DNA of 64,000 bases from Bacteriovoracaceae bacterium (GTDB lineage Bacteria; Bdellovibrionota; Bacteriovoracia; Bacteriovoracales; Bacteriovoracaceae): the NCBI GenBank assembly GCA_048270185.1, contig JBLWTJ010000001.1, positions 672,001-736,000 of the forward strand, written 5' to 3'. Each line of letters opens with the position of its first letter. Position 1 is the first letter of the stretch. The notes under the pieces were generated by a model. It was not told the origin of the DNA. It saw only the letters and a list, made by a program, of their open reading frames with translations, and searched no databases. Below, one piece after another: positions 30,672 to 39,286 of this stretch. A program made the translations under genes and the position numbers.

Positions 30672-31448
30672 ATGCCAGAAGCAAAAGTTATTAAGAGAAA
30701 AGAGCTCGAAAAGTTTTTAAATAAGCACTTAAATATCTATGAGTACCAAGATTACGGCCCGAATGGGCTTCAAATCGAAGGGAAAGAAGAGATCTCAAAG
30801 ATTGCCTTTGCCGTTTCGGCCCAAAGAGACTCAATCACAAAAGCCTGTGAATGGGGAGCAGATGCCCTTATTGTTCACCACGGTCTATTTTGGAAATTCC
30901 ATGGCGTTAGAAAAATCACGGGAAGCTTTGCAAAGCGAGTAAAGCCTCTTATTCAAAATGATATTAATCTATTTGGTTACCACTTACCTCTTGATGCCCA
31001 TATCGAAGATGGAAATGCTGCGGGAATCGCCAAGGCCTTAGGCCTTACAGATCTTGCACCTTATGGTGATCACAAGGGAATGCCAACTGGCCTACAGGGA
31101 AAGTTTCCAACTCCCATAACTCCAATTGAGCTAAAAGAAAAATTAAAGGCCATCCTAAATCACGAAGTCATCCACAGTGAACCTAATGAAGAAAAAATCT
31201 CTTCAATGGGAATTATCACAGGTGGAGCAAACTCAGATTGGCGCTACTGTATTAGAGAAGGGCTTGATGCCTATCTGACAGGAGAGATGAGTGAACACGA
31301 TTGGCACGAGTCACGTGAAGAAGATATTCACTTCTATGCAGGTGGACATAATGCCACAGAGAGATTTGGTGTCTTAGCTCTTAAAGAATTAATTGAAAAA
31401 GAGTTTGGGTCAGAGTGTCTCTTTATTGACTCCTCTAACCCTGCTTAA
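30672..31448 (+). CDS. Nif3-like dinuclear metal center protein (YbgI/DUF34)
   Basis: DYGPNGLQIEG, IVHHGLFW, YHLPLDAH, YLTGE, GGHNATERFG. Confidence 0.95.
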   Translation: MPEAKVIKRKELEKFLNKHLNIYEYQDYGPNGLQIEGKEEISKIAFAVSAQRDSITKACEWGADALIVHHGLFWKFHGVRKITGSFAKRVKPLIQNDINLFGYHLPLDAHIEDGNAAGIAKALGLTDLAPYGDHKGMPTGLQGKFPTPITPIELKEKLKAILNHEVIHSEPNEEKISSMGIITGGANSDWRYCIREGLDAYLTGEMSEHDWHESREEDIHFYAGGHNATERFGVLALKELIEKEFGSECLFIDSSNPA

Positions 31449-31480
31449 GTAACTGCGAAATTGTTCGTCTCAGGAGTGAT

Positions 31481-31972
31481 CTACTTTCTTTTAAGAGAAA
31501 GCGTAATCACGAATTTTGCAACAGGCTCATCTCCTGAAATGTCAGGGCAAGTTGCGATAATATTAAGAGGAAGGTTGTGACGCTCATCACTTGCTAAGAC
31601 CTTCTCAACAAAAGCGTCAATTTCTTTACCTTGAGTACAAGTAAAGACAGTATCCCCTTCGGCCCTTTTTAAAAACTCAGCATGAAATTCTTTAAAGGCC
31701 AAAGAAACTCTCTTCCCCTTATCCATCGTTTTTTTCATAGCAGCAAAACCACCTGCAAGATCCGCACCGCAAGCAAGGGCACCAAAGTACATACTATTTA
31801 AATGATTCTTTGAACGACGAGATAGAGGGATTTTAATTGCTGTCACTTCTTCATTTAATTCAAGAACTGATGGACGAAGCCAAAAAATCATAGGAACTTT
31901 TGTTAGTCCAAATAGTCTAACAAAGGCAGTATTTCTTAAACCTTCAGGTAATTTATCTAAAACTTTTTTCAT
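31481..31972 (-). CDS. DUF4442/PaaI-like hot-dog fold thioesterase
   Basis: KNHLNSMYFGAL..GADLAGG, AEFLKRAEG. Confidence 0.8.
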   Translation of the reverse strand: MKKVLDKLPEGLRNTAFVRLFGLTKVPMIFWLRPSVLELNEEVTAIKIPLSRRSKNHLNSMYFGALACGADLAGGFAAMKKTMDKGKRVSLAFKEFHAEFLKRAEGDTVFTCTQGKEIDAFVEKVLASDERHNLPLNIIATCPDISGDEPVAKFVITLSLKRK

Positions 31973-32778
31973 TATTTATTTCCTTTTAATTCGAGTGTTC
32001 TTTGATAAGCACGCTCAATTGCGCGATTAAAAATCTCTTCAAGATTTGATTCTTTAAAAGATTCTAATGCTTCATAAGTCACACCATTTTTTGAGGTAAC
32101 GTTATTACGAAGAGTTTCGGCATCATCACTTTGAGAAAGCATGCGTCCGGCCCCCTCTATTGTACCTGCAATCATCTGATGTGCAAGGGCCCCATCAATT
32201 CCGCGTGACTTCAAGTCTTGTATCAAGATACGTGCTATTTCGAAAAAGTAAGCCGGGCCTGAGCCAGAAAATGGTGTAATGATATCAACATCATCTTCAT
32301 TATCAAAAACACAATTTGTACCCTGGGTATTAAAGGCCTGCCAGAAAGTATTCCACTTATCCTTATTAACTTCTTTTGTTTTATAAAGTGCATTCACTCC
32401 AAGACCAACTTGTGCAGGAGTATTAGGCATAATACGAATGATCTGTTGAGTTCCAAAATTCTTTGAAAGCTTATCACAATCACTTCCTGCAAGAAGTGAG
32501 ATAACACTAAGGTATGGATGTGTTAGAAAGTCGATTTCTCCAGCGACTTGCTCAAGTTGCTGTGGCTTAAAGCATGCCCATAGAAAATCAATATGAGTAT
32601 TTCTTAATTCGTCTAAATCTTTAATCCAAGTAATTCCATTCTTTTGAGCAAAATCACGGGCCTTATCACCACTTGGTGTAAAAACCATAAACTCAGTATT
32701 GTCAGACTCTTTGATGAAATTTGGAATGAGGGCCTGGGCCATATTCCCGGCCCCTAAAATTAGGTGACGATAAACCAT
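31972..32778 (-). CDS. proC: pyrroline-5-carboxylate reductase
   Basis: LGAGNMA, KPQQ, RIMPNTP, SGSGPAY, LRNNVTSKNGVT. Confidence 0.95.
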   Translation of the reverse strand: MVYRHLILGAGNMAQALIPNFIKESDNTEFMVFTPSGDKARDFAQKNGITWIKDLDELRNTHIDFLWACFKPQQLEQVAGEIDFLTHPYLSVISLLAGSDCDKLSKNFGTQQIIRIMPNTPAQVGLGVNALYKTKEVNKDKWNTFWQAFNTQGTNCVFDNEDDVDIITPFSGSGPAYFFEIARILIQDLKSRGIDGALAHQMIAGTIEGAGRMLSQSDDAETLRNNVTSKNGVTYEALESFKESNLEEIFNRAIERAYQRTLELKGNK

Positions 32779-35700
32779 TATGAATCAAGCTCCATCGGTG
32801 CACCATGCCTCATAATATTAACAGCATAACTTCGCTCACAAGAAAATAGATGGAAGAGATCAAAGAAATCCCCACCAATATTATCTTCAAGAGGAGAAAT
32901 GAAAGTTGTCATCACAAATTGGCCATTCTTTTGTCCACAAAGATCGTTAAACTCTTTAATAGATTCAGTATCACCATCACAAATAACTACATCAAAATTC
33001 TCACTCAATAGAGAAATCATTTTATCTTTGCTAACAAAGTAACAATCAATATTCTTCTTAGAGAAGCGATTCTTTTTTAAGATATCAATCAGGTAGCTCC
33101 ACCAGTGATAGGCCTTGTTATTTGAACAAAGAACAGTAATACCAGTTCCCGTTGTTAAGGCCATAAGGACAGCAAAGAAAGTCTGCATATTAATCTCTTC
33201 AGATAAGCTCAAATACAGAGCACGGTCTTTATTGGCATCAAATACTGAGTAATTAATTTGCCCCGGGATATAGCGGTTATTACGGCCGTTATTTAGAATT
33301 TCTAAGTAATCGACTTCAAGCCACTTTTTAAGATCTTTTAGTGCGTGTCTTTCTTCCCCAAAAGTTCCTGGAAATAAAGGCCCGAAGTTACTGATAATTT
33401 CATCAAGAGCAGGAAGAATTTTTTCACGTCTTACAAAGTGATCTGAAGATGAGCTGCGAGATACAACAGGCTCATACTTACTTCCCTCTTCATAAATTGT
33501 CTGCCCTAGCTCAAGAGAGCTAATTTTAACAAAGAGACTTCTTAGATAGTCTGCACCACCGGCCTTAGGCCCTGTTCCAGACATTTTAAATCCACCAAAT
33601 GGTTCAATGGCAACTCGAGCTCCAGTAATGGGACGATTGATATAATTATTTCCGATTAACATTTTCTTAGTTAGGTAATCGATATCATCTTGTGACTGAG
33701 AGAAAACCCCACCAGTTAAACCGTACTCGACACTATTAAAGATATTAAGCGCATCATCATGATCATCATAGGCTACAATATGAATAACGGGAGCAAAGAG
33801 TTCACGTGAAGCAAAGCTTTCCTTTTCAAGAGCACGAGATTTAGGAAGCTCGATAATTGTAGGGCCAACACAGTAACCAGGAAGCTCTTCTTCTGAGCGA
33901 TTAACATGTACAACACCGTTGTATTGTTTTGCCTCTTCACAAGCTTCTTTAACTTGTGAAATAAGACGCTCTTTTTCCTCTTTAGTTACGAGCGGATTTA
34001 TAAAACTTGCAAAGTCAGTAGCTGGGCCAACATTAATATCAAGGGCCGCTTGCTTAAGACGTGCAACTAATTTGTCTTTAACTTCCTTATGGACAAGAAC
34101 ACGAGAACAGGCCGAACACTTCTGCCCAGCGTGAGCAAAAGCTGAATAAAGAATTCCTGAAACAGTCTCATCAAGCTCAGCATTATTTGTTACAATCACA
34201 GCGTTCTTACCACCCATTTCAGTAATAACACGAACTGGATATTTCTTATTACTTTGACGATTCTTATAAAGTCTCTTAGCACATGTTTTTGCAATGTGGA
34301 CACCAACCGGCTTTGAGCCTGTAAAGATAACTCCTGCAATTCGCTTATCTTCAATAAGGCGTTGCCCTACAACTTCACCAACACCAGGAAGATGAATCAG
34401 GGCATCTTTTGGAACACCAGCTTCATAGAAGAGATTAACTAACTCATTTGTAATGAGAGGCGTTTGTTCTGCTGGCTTTAGAATAACAGTTGAGCCAGTA
34501 AGGAGGGCCGACGCCGTCATTCCACATGGAATCGCTAGAGGAAAGTTCCAAGGCGCAATAATGGCAAATGGACCACGGGCCTCAAACTCACCTTCACTAC
34601 CTACCTCCTGGAGTTTTCTTATATAGAAATTTAAGAAGTCGATGGCCTCATCAACATCTGCGAGAGCTTCACCAATGGCCTTTCCTGACTCATGCATAAT
34701 AAGTGCTGAGTAGTAATTACGGCGCAGATACATAAGTTCTGCAGCGCGGGCCATGATACTTGCACGCTCAATCCAAGGCATTTGTGACCACGCACCTTCA
34801 TAGAATGATTTATCAACTGCCTCAAGAGCTTTTTCAGTATCCTCAATTGATGCAAATTGAATCTTGCCAACAATGGAAGTGCCGTCTGATGGGGAAAGTA
34901 TATCTTCATGACTTCCACTTAGAGTAAATTCTGTTTTAAACTCACCACCAATTTCATAGGCCTTAAATTCATCTCTAAAATACTTAAGTTCTTTTTCAAG
35001 ATAAGTTTTAAGAGGTGGACAATTGGCAAATTGGCCATGAACTTGCGTCAGTGTAGAATCAAGATTTAAAAGTCCATCTCTTTGGTTCTTTGCGTAAATC
35101 TCATTTGGAGACATAAGCTTGGCATTCTTCTTATGGCTTCTCATAATTGTAAGAACTCCAACTTGTGAAGAGTTCTCCATAATACGACGTACAAGGTAGG
35201 CCATTCCAACAATGAGAGATCCAATTGGAACGTAATTTCTTACGGCCCAGCCCATTTTCGCCATAGCAGTAGAAAGAGCTTCATAAGTCATGTGTAGACA
35301 CTGGTGTTCGATTTCATCAATTTGCTTATACTTTGTCTCTCTTAGAGCACTTGCAAAGGCATGATCAGAGAAATTATGTGAAGCTAGACATAATTTAATA
35401 TGTGGGAATGCTTCAAAGATTTCCGAAATAATTTGTCTAAAATTAATATCTGTTTCTTCTTTATTTAAGAATTCAGGAGCATTGTGACCATGGGCCTCAG
35501 CTTCGACGGTTTCAGCGTCCCAGTAAGCACCTTTTACAAGACGAATAGGCATTGTGTGACCACGCTCTTTTGCCAGAGAGATAACATCTTTTAAATGTTC
35601 GAAACAGTCACGAAGGTAAGCTTGAACAACAATCCCTGTATCAGCATAGTCACTAAGTTCAGGAGTTTCTAAAAGAACTTTCTTATATACTTCAAAGACA

Positions 35701-36890
35701 ATATCGCGATAATGATAGTGTTCAGCATCGATATTAATAAAGACTTGCTGCTCTTTTGCGGTCTTTAAAATTTTAATTAACCTTGGAGCAACTAGTCCGT
35801 AAGTATAGTCAAAAGCTTCAGGTTTAAAATCAGAGCAAAGTGCTGAAACTTTAATTGAAACGTGTGCTCTTAGAATACCTGCTTTGTTTCGACTTCCTGG
35901 ATTAATGTGCATACTAAAACCATTAACTAGTTTTAGAACTTCATTCATATAATTGTCAGCTTCGGCTTCAGAAACAACAAGCTCCCCTAACTGATCAAGA
36001 GTAACATCACGTCCTGTATCAAAGATTGCACTAAAATTCTTTTCAGCACTTTCAATTGTCTCGCCCGCAATAAAACGCTTTGCCATAAAGCGAACCTTGA
36101 AACGCACAATACTTGCCAATGCTTTGGCCGGAAATGCTTTAACGATTAGAAGAACGAAATAAAATAGAACAACTAATTGAGGAGGTAGAGCTTGTCTGTC
36201 TCCTTTAAGATTTAAACGTCTTGCTTTCTTAGAATCTAGAATCAGTCTTCTTAGAGATTCACGAAGAATTCTTTTAACTTCAACTCCTTCAACATCATGA
36301 TCAAGAGAAGGTAGAATCGCTAAAAACTTTAATAAGTGGATTCTAAGTAGAGCGTAATTGGCCGTAAGACCTAGCGCAAAGTCTGAAATCTTTTCAAAGA
36401 AAACAGGTTTGTAAGAATTTAAATATGAAACCAGCTTCTTTGTAATTGTTTCTGACATTGCTGAAACTTCACTATCTTCAATATCAGCTAGTTTCTTAAG
36501 AGAATACTTCTTTGTCACAATATGGCTAACACCTGGAAAATCAGATATTTTCACACTCATAACTTTACTAATGTGATTCTTAAACTTCTTATAGTCTTCA
36601 CTCTCCTCTCCATTGTAATTATCGAGAAGGAAAATTTCATTGGCGAGTTTAACGTTACACAGCCTTAGTACTTTTTCATCGTTGTCGATACCAAGCATCA
36701 GTTGAATGCCACCAAGGGCAATTTGATATTTGAATGAAGTTTCAAATTGAGTCCAAAAAAGGAGTTCTTTTAGAACTTCACTTTTTATTTCTTCTGAGTT
36801 TTCATTAAAAATTAAGGGCGAAAAATGCTCATAGAAATCAAGACTGTATTCTTCATTAAGCTTGATTCTTTTGATGATCGAAATCTTCAC
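32778..36890 (-). CDS. putA: bifunctional proline dehydrogenase / L-glutamate semialdehyde (P5C) dehydrogenase
   Basis: RFIAGE, SIKVSAL, IRLVKGAYWDAE, YLVRRIMENS; IAPWNFPLAI, EMGGKNA, AGQKCSACS, EPFGGFKMSG. GTG at 36890 follows a GGAG RBS (track start 36923). Confidence 0.93.
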   Translation of the reverse strand: MKISIIKRIKLNEEYSLDFYEHFSPLIFNENSEEIKSEVLKELLFWTQFETSFKYQIALGGIQLMLGIDNDEKVLRLCNVKLANEIFLLDNYNGEESEDYKKFKNHISKVMSVKISDFPGVSHIVTKKYSLKKLADIEDSEVSAMSETITKKLVSYLNSYKPVFFEKISDFALGLTANYALLRIHLLKFLAILPSLDHDVEGVEVKRILRESLRRLILDSKKARRLNLKGDRQALPPQLVVLFYFVLLIVKAFPAKALASIVRFKVRFMAKRFIAGETIESAEKNFSAIFDTGRDVTLDQLGELVVSEAEADNYMNEVLKLVNGFSMHINPGSRNKAGILRAHVSIKVSALCSDFKPEAFDYTYGLVAPRLIKILKTAKEQQVFINIDAEHYHYRDIVFEVYKKVLLETPELSDYADTGIVVQAYLRDCFEHLKDVISLAKERGHTMPIRLVKGAYWDAETVEAEAHGHNAPEFLNKEETDINFRQIISEIFEAFPHIKLCLASHNFSDHAFASALRETKYKQIDEIEHQCLHMTYEALSTAMAKMGWAVRNYVPIGSLIVGMAYLVRRIMENSSQVGVLTIMRSHKKNAKLMSPNEIYAKNQRDGLLNLDSTLTQVHGQFANCPPLKTYLEKELKYFRDEFKAYEIGGEFKTEFTLSGSHEDILSPSDGTSIVGKIQFASIEDTEKALEAVDKSFYEGAWSQMPWIERASIMARAAELMYLRRNYYSALIMHESGKAIGEALADVDEAIDFLNFYIRKLQEVGSEGEFEARGPFAIIAPWNFPLAIPCGMTASALLTGSTVILKPAEQTPLITNELVNLFYEAGVPKDALIHLPGVGEVVGQRLIEDKRIAGVIFTGSKPVGVHIAKTCAKRLYKNRQSNKKYPVRVITEMGGKNAVIVTNNAELDETVSGILYSAFAHAGQKCSACSRVLVHKEVKDKLVARLKQAALDINVGPATDFASFINPLVTKEEKERLISQVKEACEEAKQYNGVVHVNRSEEELPGYCVGPTIIELPKSRALEKESFASRELFAPVIHIVAYDDHDDALNIFNSVEYGLTGGVFSQSQDDIDYLTKKMLIGNNYINRPITGARVAIEPFGGFKMSGTGPKAGGADYLRSLFVKISSLELGQTIYEEGSKYEPVVSRSSSSDHFVRREKILPALDEIISNFGPLFPGTFGEERHALKDLKKWLEVDYLEILNNGRNNRYIPGQINYSVFDANKDRALYLSLSEEINMQTFFAVLMALTTGTGITVLCSNNKAYHWWSYLIDILKKNRFSKKNIDCYFVSKDKMISLLSENFDVVICDGDTESIKEFNDLCGQKNGQFVMTTFISPLEDNIGGDFFDLFHLFSCERSYAVNIMRHGAPMELDS

Positions 36891-37060
36891 TAATACTCCA
36901 TAAAAACGCCATTTGGCGCGCAATTGTTTAACGGCCGTTATAATAAACTAAAGAGAATGTTTAAAAAACAAAAATAAACCTTACTTCAAGTAAATAACTC
37001 TACGCACAAGATAATAAAAAATTACTTTTGAAAAGGTGCTAAATTTGCGAAAATAACTCT

Positions 37061-37444
37061 ATGAACGAAGAAATTGTCTTCATCGATGATGATGAGAATA
37101 TTGCTGAATTATTTGCCATGACTCTTACTGCAAAGGGCCATAAGACTCTGCCTATTAGTGGTGAGGGTGAAGTGGACAAATACTTCAACCAGGCCAGTGA
37201 TAAACTTAAGATCGTCATTGCCGACAAGAATATGCCAGTCATAGGTGGTGCAGAAATTGTGCGTCGTTTTGAACAAGGCCCAAAGGCCGGAAGTCTCAAC
37301 TATATCATCATCTCAGGAGATGAAGAGTTAGAAAATGACGATATCTCAGATCTCGTCCACTTTATCAGAAAACCATTCAAGAAAGAGACACTCTTCTCTC
37401 TCATTGATCAGATTCACTCCAGTGACCAGGGGAAAGCATCTTAA
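37061..37444 (+). CDS. single-domain response regulator (CheY-like receiver)
   Basis: FIDDD, IADKNMP (phospho-Asp), ISG, RKPF. Confidence 0.9.
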   Translation: MNEEIVFIDDDENIAELFAMTLTAKGHKTLPISGEGEVDKYFNQASDKLKIVIADKNMPVIGGAEIVRRFEQGPKAGSLNYIIISGDEELENDDISDLVHFIRKPFKKETLFSLIDQIHSSDQGKAS

Positions 37445-38571
37445 TGAGATTTTTGTTTATTCTGGTTGCGCTTACGCTTTCATTTAATTCATTTGCTGTT
37501 CGATATACTATTGAAGACCTCAAGGTTCTTCATAGTGAGAAGTCATATAATGAATATATGAAGCACTACCTCGATGTCCGTCCTTCAAAGAGAGACTTTG
37601 ATTGGAAGAGAATGACGAGAGAAATGGCCACTGCATATGCGGATAATCTCATTGCCAAAAACCAAATTAATGAGAAAAATTTTAAGGCCCTGACTAAATT
37701 TATTGAGAATAAAAACCTTAAGGCTTATGCGTTTTTTACTCTTTCTTATTCAAAGTATGCCAATCTCTACTTCAAGAAGTGTCCTCATTGCAAGAGTGAC
37801 CTCGAGGTCTTTATCTCCCATTCTGCTCGCTACCCTGATATTGACTTTGAAATCTATAAGAGCTTAACAACTAAGCTACAAGACCAGTATGACGTCCTCG
37901 TGAAGGCTCCACTATTGAGTAATGATTCAATCTACTACTGCAAAGAAGCCCAAGGACAAAGTGCACTTTTAAGTATTTTAATTAAAGAGATTTCACGTAT
38001 TGATACAAAGGATGCAATAAAAGAGAAGGCAAAGAAAATCTTCAACCCAGATTGTTTAAACGGAATTAGTAAAGAAGATATAGCTAATCTACTTGCTCAA
38101 GGCGACTATAGTAGTGAAATTGCTTTTTTAACATTTAATGCTTTCGATAAATTAGACGTGACAACTAAGAATACATATCTTGCCTCTTATCTTCTTAATA
38201 ATCCAATTCCTGGTCCAATTATGAATATGGCATGGAATGAAATTGAAGCATTATCGGCCGACTATAATAAACGCATGGCCGTTTTTAGCGTTTTAAAGCA
38301 AAGGCATCCTCTAACTGGTGAAATCTTTCACCGTCGAAATGGCAAGGCCTCCGAAAAATCACAAGTCATTATCAAGAGGTTTGCTAAGAACTTCCCAGAA
38401 TATATTAATTTCTACGCTCAAACTTGCCTAAGTTTCTATCAGGGCTCAAAAACCTACCCTCGCGGAAATCCGGCCCTTCATTGTGATGATTTCATGAGCG
38501 AGGAAGTTGCAGGTCCATGGCTAAGTGATGAAATACGCTTAAACTACTCAGGTGTTAAGAAAATCAAATAG
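37444..38571 (+). CDS. secreted hypothetical protein
   Basis: 375 aa, signal peptide (..NSFA/V); TAATG-coupled to the response regulator. Confidence 0.72.
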   Translation: MRFLFILVALTLSFNSFAVRYTIEDLKVLHSEKSYNEYMKHYLDVRPSKRDFDWKRMTREMATAYADNLIAKNQINEKNFKALTKFIENKNLKAYAFFTLSYSKYANLYFKKCPHCKSDLEVFISHSARYPDIDFEIYKSLTTKLQDQYDVLVKAPLLSNDSIYYCKEAQGQSALLSILIKEISRIDTKDAIKEKAKKIFNPDCLNGISKEDIANLLAQGDYSSEIAFLTFNAFDKLDVTTKNTYLASYLLNNPIPGPIMNMAWNEIEALSADYNKRMAVFSVLKQRHPLTGEIFHRRNGKASEKSQVIIKRFAKNFPEYINFYAQTCLSFYQGSKTYPRGNPALHCDDFMSEEVAGPWLSDEIRLNYSGVKKIK

Positions 38572-38674
38572 TTACACCTGATAATAAATACAACGCACCT
38601 AGTTATCACTTGCCGATTAAATTCAACTATGGGACTATGACGTATCAATAAATAAATCTTAGGGAAAGTATATT

Positions 38675-39286
38675 ATGATCAAACAACTAATCGCTCTTAT
38701 TTGCCTAATTTCAATGTCACCGCTTTTAGCGCATGACGCTGTAAATGATGGAAATGATACTCCACAGGAGTGTCTAGTTTTAACACAAGAGAAATTAATT
38801 GGTCTGACTAGTAAGCCAGACAATGAGCTAGTTTTCATCTCTAATAAGTGCTCTTATGCAGACTTTGCAAAAGAGCTTAAAGAAAAACTTCAAAGTGCTC
38901 TTTTAAAAGAAAAGAAGGGTCGCCTTCAACTTCTACTTAAAGACGAAAAAATCAATATCATCATGGATACACTGGCGACAGACCATATGGGCTCAACTCG
39001 TTTTTCATATGAAGATACAAAGAAGATTGAAGATTTCTACACTTCCACTAAGGCCGATACTCTAAAGCAATCAGGAAGTTTTGAAGCATTTGATGATGAA
39101 ATTAGTAATGATTTCTATCTAGTACTCTTCTATACAGCTGAAAAAGATAAGTTAATCGTGATCTACAAAAGGCTTACTGAAGTTTTGGATATTCCAACTG
39201 AACCAACTGAACCAACTGATCCGGCTGAACCGACTGATCCAACAGATGGTTCAGATGACTCCGGTGACGTACAAGAATTACTATAA
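38675..39286 (+). CDS. secreted hypothetical protein with a Pro-Thr-Glu/Asp tail
   Basis: Signal peptide; C-terminal PTEPTEPTDPAEPTDPTD. Confidence 0.7.
   Translation: MIKQLIALICLISMSPLLAHDAVNDGNDTPQECLVLTQEKLIGLTSKPDNELVFISNKCSYADFAKELKEKLQSALLKEKKGRLQLLLKDEKINIIMDTLATDHMGSTRFSYEDTKKIEDFYTSTKADTLKQSGSFEAFDDEISNDFYLVLFYTAEKDKLIVIYKRLTEVLDIPTEPTEPTDPAEPTDPTDGSDDSGDVQELL
39194..39247 (+). repeat. 9-bp coding tandem repeat, six units
   Basis: ccaactgaa x2, ccaactgat, ccggctgaa, ccgactgat, ccaacagat. Confidence 0.85.
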
